The notes under the pieces are model-generated. The model was given only the letters and a program-made list of their open reading frames with translations, was not told the origin of the DNA and made no database searches. Shown in pieces: positions 28,896-37,162 of a stretch of DNA of 64,000 nt. Source of the stretch: an uncultured bacterium (lineage in GTDB: Bacteria > Hydrogenedentota > Hydrogenedentia > Hydrogenedentales > CAILVY01); contig CALEDJ010000045.1 in NCBI GenBank assembly GCA_937951485.1, forward strand, positions 59,356 to 123,355. The letters run 5' to 3'. The translations under genes were made by a program, and so were the position numbers. Every line of letters begins with the position of its first letter. Position 1 is the first letter of the stretch.

Positions 28896-30146
28896 ATGCC
28901 GCGTTCGATGAAAATACGCCTGTCGGTAATGATGTTCCTGGAGTATTTCGTGCCGGGGACGACACTGCCGATCATGAGCCTGTATCTGAAGCAGATCCTC
29001 GGTTTTGAGCCTTATCAGGCGGGGCTGGTGTTGGCGATGCCGGCGGTGGCGGCGACGGTCGCGCCGCTGGCGGCGTCGCATGCGGCGGACCGCTACATTG
29101 CGTCGGAGCGACTGCTGGCGTTGTGTCATCTGTGCTGCGGGGCGCTGATGCTGCTGTTGTGGCGGCTGGAGTCCTTTCCCGGTGTATTGTGGGTCTATTT
29201 CCTCTATGGCGTCTGCTTCACGCCGACCTTCGGGTTGACCAACGCGGTGGCGCTGCACCACGCACGTGATGCGCGGCGCGATTTCGGCGGCATCCGCATG
29301 TGGGGCACGGCGTCGTGGGTGGTGGTGGCGTGGACCTTCGGCTACTTCTGGCTGGGCGGCGGCGCGGGGCCGGGCGAACGGCTCCCGCATGCGCTGCTGT
29401 TGTCCGGGCTGACTTCGCTCGTGCTGAGCGCGTATGCGTTCAGTTTCCGCCCGGCGGCGTCGAGAACGGATGCCGATGCGCCGCGCGCGGACTACGGCGC
29501 GGTGCTGCGGGTATTCGCGCGGCCTGAGATGCTGCTGTTGTGCGCGCTGACGCTGCTGAACAGCGCCTGCCATCAGTTCTACTACTATGGAATGAGTCCC
29601 TACCTGCACCAGATGGGCTTCTCCGACAAGATGATCATGCCCGCCATGAGTGTCGGGCAGATGTCGGAAGTGGTGGTACTGGGCTTGCTGGGCTGGTGCC
29701 TGATGCGGATCAGCATGAAGCGCGCGCTGGTGATCGGCGTGCTGGCGCAGGCAATGCGGCTGCTGGTCTTCGCCGTGGCGGGGCCGTCCGCAATGATCCT
29801 GGGCGGCATCGCCCTGCACGGCATCTGCTACGCCTTCTTCTTCACCGTGGCCTATCTCTACGTGGAACAGCACAGCACGCGCGATACGCGCGCCGGCGCG
29901 CAGCAGGTGCTTACGGTGATGATCAGCGGACCGGGCTACCTGGTCGGGTCATTGTGCGCGGGCTTCGCCGCGCAGTGGATCAGTTGCGGCGCGGGACTCG
30001 TGGATTGGACGCGCTTTTGGCTGATTCCCGCCGCGCTGGCCTTGATCATCGCGATCGCACTCGCCCTGTTCTTCCGCGAAGAGCCTCCATCCGTTCACGC
30101 CGACGCCGTCCCCGCCGCCCTCGCAGGGGACAAAGCAGCGGAATGA
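28896..30146 (+). CDS. MFS transporter, nucleoside:H+ symporter (NupG-like)
   Basis: RLSVMMFLEYF, ADRY, FGGIRMWGT..W, GQMSEV, LHGICYAFFF; about 12 TMs. Confidence 0.88.
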   Translation: MPRSMKIRLSVMMFLEYFVPGTTLPIMSLYLKQILGFEPYQAGLVLAMPAVAATVAPLAASHAADRYIASERLLALCHLCCGALMLLLWRLESFPGVLWVYFLYGVCFTPTFGLTNAVALHHARDARRDFGGIRMWGTASWVVVAWTFGYFWLGGGAGPGERLPHALLLSGLTSLVLSAYAFSFRPAASRTDADAPRADYGAVLRVFARPEMLLLCALTLLNSACHQFYYYGMSPYLHQMGFSDKMIMPAMSVGQMSEVVVLGLLGWCLMRISMKRALVIGVLAQAMRLLVFAVAGPSAMILGGIALHGICYAFFFTVAYLYVEQHSTRDTRAGAQQVLTVMISGPGYLVGSLCAGFAAQWISCGAGLVDWTRFWLIPAALALIIAIALALFFREEPPSVHADAVPAALAGDKAAE

Positions 30147-30336
30147 ATGGGGCGGACACCGGCTGATGCCCTGCACCCCTCCGGGGTGCCCGGGTTTTTC
30201 CAATCAGGAAATGACAACTGCGCAACAACCGGTATGAAACGTTGCAGGTCGCTTCATGAGGCCAAAATGTTGCGAAGAAAGTTGTTTCACTTGAAGGCAG
30301 TATCCAAAGTGCATTCACACAGCCCCCTCTTCCGGG

Positions 30337-31278
30337 TCAGCGCTTTCCCTCGGCGTGCAGCAGCGCGAGGCAGTGGTCGGGGCGGTTGGTGATGATGGCG
30401 TCAACGCCCCATCGGGCGAGGCGGCGCATGTCGGCCTCTTCGTCTACGGTCCAGACGGCGACGCTTTTGCCCATGTCGTGAAAAGCGTCGAGGCGCTCCC
30501 TGGTCAACGATTTGTGGTCCACGTTGAATCCGGCGACGCCAATCAGTTTTCCAAAGCGAAGATACAGGTCCCATTGTTCCGGCTTTTCCTTGTCGTCGCT
30601 GCCGAGGAATTCCGTGCGGAGTTCGGGCGCTTCCATGCGGGCCACCAGACAGATGACGGGCGAAAAGGACTGGATGACAATCTGATCTTTCATGCGGCGA
30701 TCGCGCACGGCGGCGATGGATTTGCGCGTGAGTTCCAGGTTCGGCGTGCCGCTCGACTCCACGGCCGCCGTCATGGCGGCGCGGGTCTTCTTGTCCAGCC
30801 GGGACCGGTCCCCGATGATTTCGAGCAATTGCTGAACGATCGGGCCGTCGTCCGCGCAACTTTTGATTTCGATATAGACCCCGATGCGGTCCTTGGCAAG
30901 GTCCAGCGCCTCGCCCAGAGTGGGAATCGCTTCGCCGGCGAAATCCGCAGAGAACCAGGAACCCGCATCCAGGGCCTTCAATTCGGCCAGCGTCTTCTCC
31001 GCAACTTTCCCCTCGCCATTCGTGGTGCGCTTGAGGTCGTTGTCATGCAGGATGACCACGTGGCCGTCGCGGGTCAGGCGGCCATCCAGTTCAAACCAGT
31101 CGGCGCCCATTTCAATGGCGCGCTGAAAGGCGGCCGGCGTGTTCTCGGGGGCGCAGGCGCTGGCGCCCCGATGCGCAATCACGTCAATGGCCCCCTTCGG
31201 CGCGCCGGCGTGAAACGCGGTGGCGCATCCGGCAAGCAACAGCGGCGCAGCCAAGGGAATGCAGGTGATGGTTCTCAT
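30337..31278 (-). CDS. Glycerophosphodiester phosphodiesterase family lipoprotein
   Basis: Lipobox LAGC; IAHRGAS..APENT, ELD, HD, IEIK, QSF, WTVD, GVDAIITN. Confidence 0.92.
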   Translation of the reverse strand: MRTITCIPLAAPLLLAGCATAFHAGAPKGAIDVIAHRGASACAPENTPAAFQRAIEMGADWFELDGRLTRDGHVVILHDNDLKRTTNGEGKVAEKTLAELKALDAGSWFSADFAGEAIPTLGEALDLAKDRIGVYIEIKSCADDGPIVQQLLEIIGDRSRLDKKTRAAMTAAVESSGTPNLELTRKSIAAVRDRRMKDQIVIQSFSPVICLVARMEAPELRTEFLGSDDKEKPEQWDLYLRFGKLIGVAGFNVDHKSLTRERLDAFHDMGKSVAVWTVDEEADMRRLARWGVDAIITNRPDHCLALLHAEGKR

Positions 31279-31542
31279 GACGATATTCCTTTTGCAAGAC
31301 TTGGACAGGCTACGAAATGGGCTTTTGTTTTGGGAGCATATGCTGAACTTTTCCCAAAACCCGTGCAGGCTGAAGCCTGTGCTCCAGAACATAACGCGGG
31401 AAAAAGTCTATCCAATATCACCGCCCGCCGCAAACCCGGAACTTGCGAAGTGGACACCGTCGGTCCAAAGGGGATGTGGGAGAAAGGCGGTTGTTTTGGC
31501 CGGCGTGCTATTGGAAACCGTGGGTTGCTCCCCGTCTTTCGA

Positions 31543-32655
31543 TCAGGAGTTGCCAGCGGCTCTGGCCGCCTTGGCCTCGTCCATCATGCGGGTGAAACGT
31601 TCGAAGAGGTAGCGGCTGTCATGCGGGCCGGGCGATGCCTCCGGGTGGTACTGCACGCTGAAGATCGGCAGTTCGGTATGCTCCATGCCCGAACAGGTGC
31701 GGTCGTTGAGATGGATGTGGCTGATGCGGACCTTGGAGGCGTCCAAGGTGTCGGGGTCGACGGCGAAGCCGTGGTTTTGTGCGGTGATTTCCACGCGGCC
31801 CGCCGCGTTCTGCAGCACCGGCTGGTTGCCGCCGCGGTGGCCGAACTTGAGTTTATAGGTCGTGCCGCCGAGGGCGTGCCCCAGAATCTGGTGGCCGAGG
31901 CATATCCCGAAGATGGGGATGCGGCGCGCGATGAGTTCGCGCACCACGGGGTAGATATACGGCAGCGCCGCCGGGTCGCCCGGACCGTTCGACAGGAACA
32001 CGCCGTCGGGTCGGTGCGCCAGCACCTCCTCCGGCCCCGCCGTGGCCGGCAGCACCGTCACTGCGCAGCCCGCCGCGCGCAGCAGCCGCAGGATGTTCCA
32101 CTTGATCCCATAGTCCATCGCCACCACGCGGTATTTGACTGTTTCCGGCGGTTCCCACTCGTAGGGGGCGTTTGCCGAGACATCCTTGACGTAATCGCTG
32201 CCCGCCATGTCCTGCGCTGCCCGCGCCTTGGCGACCAGGGACTCCGGATTCAGATCCGTCGTGCTGATGATCGCCTTCTGATTGCCCTTGGTGCGAAGGA
32301 TGCGCGTGATCTTCCGCGTATCCACCCCGTCAATCGCGACAACGCCGTGCTTGCGCAGAAATTCCGGGAGCGACATCGTGGCGCGCCAGTTGCTCGGCTC
32401 GAAACAGCACTCCCGCATGACGAAGCCGCTGACAAAGGGCCGACGCGACTCCACGTCCTCATCGTTGCAGCCGTAATTGCCGATCTGCGTATAGGTCATC
32501 GTGACGATCTGCCCGGCATACGAGGGGTCCGTCAGGATTTCCTGGTATCCGGTCATGCTGGTATTGAAGACCAGTTCACCGGCGGATTCGCCTTCCGCGC
32601 CCACCGCCCGACCTTCAAACACCGTTCCGTCTTCCAGCGCCAGCATGGCTTTCAT
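31543..32655 (-). CDS. carA: Carbamoyl-phosphate synthase small subunit
   Basis: GELVFNTSMTGYQEILTDPSY, SNGPGDP, GICLGHQ, QYHPEASPGP. Confidence 0.98.
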   Translation of the reverse strand: MKAMLALEDGTVFEGRAVGAEGESAGELVFNTSMTGYQEILTDPSYAGQIVTMTYTQIGNYGCNDEDVESRRPFVSGFVMRECCFEPSNWRATMSLPEFLRKHGVVAIDGVDTRKITRILRTKGNQKAIISTTDLNPESLVAKARAAQDMAGSDYVKDVSANAPYEWEPPETVKYRVVAMDYGIKWNILRLLRAAGCAVTVLPATAGPEEVLAHRPDGVFLSNGPGDPAALPYIYPVVRELIARRIPIFGICLGHQILGHALGGTTYKLKFGHRGGNQPVLQNAAGRVEITAQNHGFAVDPDTLDASKVRISHIHLNDRTCSGMEHTELPIFSVQYHPEASPGPHDSRYLFERFTRMMDEAKAARAAGNS

Positions 32656-32897
32656 GATATGCTATGCCCTTCAAGAGTCTTTCATGGATGGGCCGCAGTA
32701 TAGCAAAATGCCGCCCCGTGTTTCCTCTGCATGGTTCGGTCATATGTTGAATGAGAAGAGGCATATGCGAAAAGAACTGTTTCTGCTCATAAGATCAAGA
32801 AATATCCATGATTTCAGATGGAACTGGGGACCGGAAGGCCCATTTTGCAAATCGGGAATTAGTTTTCATGAAATTGTGTCATATGGTATGATTCTTC

Positions 32898-32915
32898 TTG
32901 AGAATCTATTATCAA
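32898..32915 (+). promoter_or_regulatory. Putative Fur/Zur-type operator
   Basis: Imperfect palindrome TTGAGAAT-CT-ATTATCAA, 65 nt upstream of a His-rich ABC operon. Confidence 0.45.
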
Positions 32916-32979
32916 TTTCTGTGCCGGCGGGGTGTCTGGGCAGGCGCGGCGCCCCGCCGCCAGGGAAAGAGGGAAGCCC

Positions 32980-33642
32980 ATGGTAACGGTGGAATCATGC
33001 CGGCGGCGACTGGGTCCGGGCGTGGTGTTCTATTGCGAGCACCTGCATGTGCCGGAAGGGACGCACATGGCGCTGTGGGGGCCGAGCGGCTGCGGCAAGA
33101 GTACATTGCTGAACCTGATTTCCGGGTTGCTGCGTCCGGATTCCGGGCGAATCATAGTGGACGGAGTGGAATTGCAGAAATGCACAGAAGGGGAACTGGA
33201 CCATTTTCGGGGGGAGCGGTTGGGCTTCATTTTCCAGACGTTCAACCTGCTCGCGCCGTTTACGGCGTTGCAGAACGTGATGCTGGGGATGCGTTTCAGC
33301 GACACCATTCCGGCCTCCGAGTGGAAATCGCGGGCGACAGCCCTGCTGGAACGGGTGGGCCTGGGGCGGCGGCTGCATGCCAAGCCGAACACGCTGAGCG
33401 TGGGCGAGCAACAGCGGGTGGCCATTGCCCGGGCGCTGGCCAATAAGCAGAAATTGATCGTGGCGGACGAACCGACCGGCAGCCTGGATCCGAAAACCTC
33501 GGCGGGGGTGATGGATTTGCTGTTGGAACTCTGCCGGGAGCGACAGGTGACGATGTTGCTGGTGACGCATGCACGTGAGATCGCAGACCGGTTGCCGGCG
33601 CGTTTCGACTGCTCCCATCTCGTGCAGGAGGATGCGCCATGA
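32980..33642 (+). CDS. ABC transporter ATP-binding protein (LolD/ZrgB-like)
   Basis: Walker A GPSGCGKS, GFIFQTFNL, LSVGEQQRVAIARAL, ADEPTGSLD, VTH. Confidence 0.93.
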   Translation: MVTVESCRRRLGPGVVFYCEHLHVPEGTHMALWGPSGCGKSTLLNLISGLLRPDSGRIIVDGVELQKCTEGELDHFRGERLGFIFQTFNLLAPFTALQNVMLGMRFSDTIPASEWKSRATALLERVGLGRRLHAKPNTLSVGEQQRVAIARALANKQKLIVADEPTGSLDPKTSAGVMDLLLELCRERQVTMLLVTHAREIADRLPARFDCSHLVQEDAP

Positions 33643-35012
33643 GTCTCTGGCATATCGCATGGAGTTATCTCTGGAACCGGAAACTGACGACCTGCCTCAC
33701 GATCCTTTCTGTGGCGCTGGCGGTGGGGCTGATTTCGTCGGTGCTGACGCTCCGCGAGGAAACACGCAAACGTTTCGAGGAGGAGGGGCAGGCGTTCGAC
33801 ATCGTGGTGGGGGCCAAAGGCAGCCCGTTGCAACTGGTCCTGAGCAGCGTCTATTTCATGGATACACCGACCGGGAACATCCCCATCGAGGAATACGAGG
33901 CCATCCGGAACGATACGGAATACGTGCGGGCAGCCTTTCCCATCGGCATGGGCGACAGTTACCGGGGCTTCCGGCTGGTGGGCACGACGGAAGACTTGTT
34001 TGAGCACAGGTGGGTCAGCCCACTGAGCGGCGAGGAACGCGCCCCGTTTCAATTGGAGGCAGGACGGATTTTCGAGCGGGAGATGGAGGCGGTGCTGGGC
34101 GCGCTCGCGGCGCGCCAGACGGGGCTGCGCGTAGGCGACACATTCATCAGCACGCACGGATTGATGGAATTGCCTGAATTCGTCGGCGGGCATGACCACA
34201 AGGATCATCCCTACCGCGTGGTGGGCATTTTGCGTCCCTCCAATTCGCCATATGACCGGGCGATTTTCTGCAGTCTCGAATCGGTGTGGGCCGTGCATAC
34301 CCACGACCATGCCCATTCTTACGGCGGCAATGCACATGACCCCGATCACGATGAGGATTGCTATCAGGACGACCGCGAACCTGACGATGCGCCCGCAAGC
34401 CCGGCGGCGGGCGCGCTGGATGACGATGTGGACCTGAAATACGAGGAATGGGGCCGCGACCCCGCATCCATGGTGACGGCGGTGCTGGTGCAGTTGCACA
34501 GTCCCGCCATGCGATTCCAGTACGAGCAGAAAATCCGGGGGTCCACGGCGGTGATGGCGGCCGTCCCGATAAACGAGATTGCGAAACTTTACGACCAGTT
34601 GCTGGGCACGGCCAAACTGGTCATGTTGGCCGTGGGGTACCTGGTTGTGGTAATATCTGCATTGTCGATACTGATAGGACTGTACTTGTCCATCCTGCAG
34701 CGCAAGCGTGACCTGGCCATCATGCGCGCATTGGGCGCATCGGCCTACGAGGTGTTCGGCGCGGTGATCATCGAGGCGTTCTGGGTGACGGTGCTGGGCA
34801 TCGCCTGCGGCTGGGTGCTTGGCTCTGTGGTTTCTCACGGGCTGGGACAATACCTGGCGTGGCGCTTCGGGCTGGTCATCACGGCATTCAACATCACCCG
34901 GGAAGAAGGGGTCGCCTTTGCGGTGGTGGCGCTGGTGGGGCTGCTGGCGGGCGTCCTGCCGGCGTGGCAGGCGTACCGATGCGACGTGGCGCAGGACCTC
35001 GCCGACCGGTGA
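33639..35012 (+). CDS. ABC transporter permease (MacB/FtsX, ZrgC-like) with a His/Asp-rich insert
   Basis: IVVGAKGSPLQLVL, PTGNI, GDSYRGFRLVGT; HTHDHAH..HDPDHDED insert; C-terminal FtsX TMs (RDLAIMRALGA). Confidence 0.9.
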   Translation: MSLWHIAWSYLWNRKLTTCLTILSVALAVGLISSVLTLREETRKRFEEEGQAFDIVVGAKGSPLQLVLSSVYFMDTPTGNIPIEEYEAIRNDTEYVRAAFPIGMGDSYRGFRLVGTTEDLFEHRWVSPLSGEERAPFQLEAGRIFEREMEAVLGALAARQTGLRVGDTFISTHGLMELPEFVGGHDHKDHPYRVVGILRPSNSPYDRAIFCSLESVWAVHTHDHAHSYGGNAHDPDHDEDCYQDDREPDDAPASPAAGALDDDVDLKYEEWGRDPASMVTAVLVQLHSPAMRFQYEQKIRGSTAVMAAVPINEIAKLYDQLLGTAKLVMLAVGYLVVVISALSILIGLYLSILQRKRDLAIMRALGASAYEVFGAVIIEAFWVTVLGIACGWVLGSVVSHGLGQYLAWRFGLVITAFNITREEGVAFAVVALVGLLAGVLPAWQAYRCDVAQDLADR

Positions 35013-35030
35013 GGCGGACCGCGAAAGAAG

Positions 35031-35678
35031 GTGCTTAGCGTAATGCGCACTCGAACAAAACGGGAATTGGCGGTATTTGCAGGCATCGCCGTCTTGTTGG
35101 CGGTGATTGTGCTGGCGAACTCCGCGTTTCAGCGGGGCAGTCTCGCCGACCGCATGGACCGGTACCGCCGGCAGGTCGAAGCGAGCCGCAAGACAGAGGG
35201 TCTGGAACTGCTGCAATGGCCGCTGCTGCGGAAAACCACCGGCAATATGCGGCGCGGCCCGACGTTTGATGATCGCCTGGTGGCGATGGACGGAACCCGC
35301 GTGGATATCGTGGGCTTCATGGTGCCGATCAACCAGTTCCGTAACATGACGGAATTCATCCTGCTGCCGGTGCCCATCGAGTGCTATTTCTGCCAGGCGC
35401 CGCCCATGCGCGATGTGGTCGTGGTGCAGATGGCCGAAGGCGAAACGACCAATCTTTTCCGGGAGCCGGTGCTGGTCAATGGTGTGCTCACGCTCAACCA
35501 CGGCCCGGGAACAAAATTCTTCTACGTCATCAGCGACGCCAGCATGGGACCCGGCAAGAAGGGCGGCACGCTCACCCAGAAAGATGTCGCGCCCCAGCAC
35601 ATGCTGCATGGCCAGGAACAGCCGCAAGAGGAATTGCTCGCCCCCATGGAACCGCCCACGCCCGCAGACCTGCCGTAG
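35031..35678 (+). CDS. DUF3299 (ZrgD-like) protein
   Basis: MDGTRVDIVGFMVP, EFILLP...CYFCQAPP..DVVVV; N-terminal TM. Confidence 0.75.
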   Translation: MLSVMRTRTKRELAVFAGIAVLLAVIVLANSAFQRGSLADRMDRYRRQVEASRKTEGLELLQWPLLRKTTGNMRRGPTFDDRLVAMDGTRVDIVGFMVPINQFRNMTEFILLPVPIECYFCQAPPMRDVVVVQMAEGETTNLFREPVLVNGVLTLNHGPGTKFFYVISDASMGPGKKGGTLTQKDVAPQHMLHGQEQPQEELLAPMEPPTPADLP

Positions 35679-35727
35679 CATGGCCGCCCCGGCCATGGAC
35701 GTTCACGGGCGGGACGCCCGTGCCACG
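35675..35727. repeat. GTAG-type REP doublet
   Basis: GTAGCATGGCCGCCCCGGCCATG...CACGGGCGGGACGCCCGTGCCAC between convergent genes. Confidence 0.65.
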
Positions 35728-35731
35728 GGTT

Positions 35732-36967
35732 TCAGGCGGATGCGCTCTTGCGCAGCGCCTGATCCAGGTCCGCGATGATATCTTCCTTGTCTTCGACACC
35801 GACGGCGAGCCGAATCAAGGTGTCGGTAATGCCCAGGGCGTAGCGCTCCTTGCGCGTGTAATCGTAATAGGAGACGGTGGCGGGGTGGGTGATGAGGGTT
35901 TCAACCCCGCCGAGACTTGGCGCGATATAACACAGTTTCAGGGAATCCAGGAAACGTTTCGCGGTCTTCAGGGTGCCCTTCAGATCAAAGGTCACCACGC
36001 CGCCGAAGCCCGTCATCTGCCGCTGGGCGATCCCGTGGTGCGGATGGCTTTCGAGGCCGGGATAATAGACCCGCCGGATGCGCGGATGCTTTTCCAGATA
36101 CCGGGCGACCGCCATGGCGGTTTCATTGTGCGCTTTCATGCGCAGGGGGAAGGTTTTCAGGCCGCGCAACAGCAGGTAGCAGCAGTGCGGATCAATCACG
36201 CCGCCGATGGCCTTGTGCAACGCGCGGATTTCCTGGACCAGTTCGCTGCGGCCCAGCACCGCTCCGGCGAGGATGTCGTTGTGCCCGCCGAGATACTTGG
36301 TGCAACTGTGCAGTTCCAGGTCCACCCCCCATTCCAGCGGGCGCTGGTTGTACGGCGTGCCGAAGGTCGCATCAATCATGGTCAGCACCTTGTGCTTTTT
36401 CGCAATCTCCAGCAACCGTTCCAAATCGAAGATATTCAAGTAGGGATTGGTGGGGGATTCGGAAAAAATGAAGCGGGTGTTCGGGCGGATGGCCTTCTCG
36501 ATTGCCTCGTAATCGCCAAACGGGACAATGCTGCACGCCACGCCGAAGCGCTGCAGGTAACTGCTGCAGAATTCCAGGGTCTTCTTGTAGGCGTCGTCGG
36601 TGATGACGATGTGATCGCGGCTCTTGACCAACGCCAGGATCGTCGTCGTGATCGCGCTCATGCCCGATCCGAAAACGACGCAATCCTCCGCGTTTACCAG
36701 CGCCGCCAGGCGCCGTTCCGCCACCTGCTCCGTCGGCCCGCCGTAGCGGCCGTATTCAAAGCGCTCCTTGCCGTGCTTGGTGTACGCCTCGATCTCCCTG
36801 GAATCCTTGAAGGCAAAGGTCGAGGTCTGGACTATCGGCGTGGTGATCGAATCGGCGTAGCGCAGCCGGTCCTCCCCCGCATGCACGGAAATCGTGGAAA
36901 AACCTTTGTTGAAAGGCTGCTTCGCACGCGATGCCGGTGAATTCTTCGGCTTGCTTTTCCTGGCCAT
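35732..36967 (-). CDS. Cys/Met metabolism PLP-dependent enzyme (cystathionine gamma-synthase-like)
   Basis: PIVQTSTF, YGRYG, SGMSA, ESPTNP, DATF, HSCTKYLGGHND, SLGGVETL, RLAVGVED. Confidence 0.92.
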   Translation of the reverse strand: MARKSKPKNSPASRAKQPFNKGFSTISVHAGEDRLRYADSITTPIVQTSTFAFKDSREIEAYTKHGKERFEYGRYGGPTEQVAERRLAALVNAEDCVVFGSGMSAITTTILALVKSRDHIVITDDAYKKTLEFCSSYLQRFGVACSIVPFGDYEAIEKAIRPNTRFIFSESPTNPYLNIFDLERLLEIAKKHKVLTMIDATFGTPYNQRPLEWGVDLELHSCTKYLGGHNDILAGAVLGRSELVQEIRALHKAIGGVIDPHCCYLLLRGLKTFPLRMKAHNETAMAVARYLEKHPRIRRVYYPGLESHPHHGIAQRQMTGFGGVVTFDLKGTLKTAKRFLDSLKLCYIAPSLGGVETLITHPATVSYYDYTRKERYALGITDTLIRLAVGVEDKEDIIADLDQALRKSASA

Positions 36968-37162
36968 CTGGAAACCCTCTTATATTGCTTCACGCCTTTG
37001 ACGGCAAACATGCCCCGCCTCCAGCGGAAAAGGGAAAAATGCGGGTGAATCCCATAAGCCTACCACAGCCGCCCCCGCCGGTTGCAATGTCCGGATCGTG
37101 ATTGTCGGAACCAACCTGTTATGATGGTCTTCACGGAGAATAATCGTTTGCGAGGGGTTGCC

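Noticed and set aside
36968-37160. SAM riboswitch upstream of the metB-like gene
   Set aside because: No SAM-I core (ATC.AGAG...GCAACC...GTGC) recognisable on the minus strand
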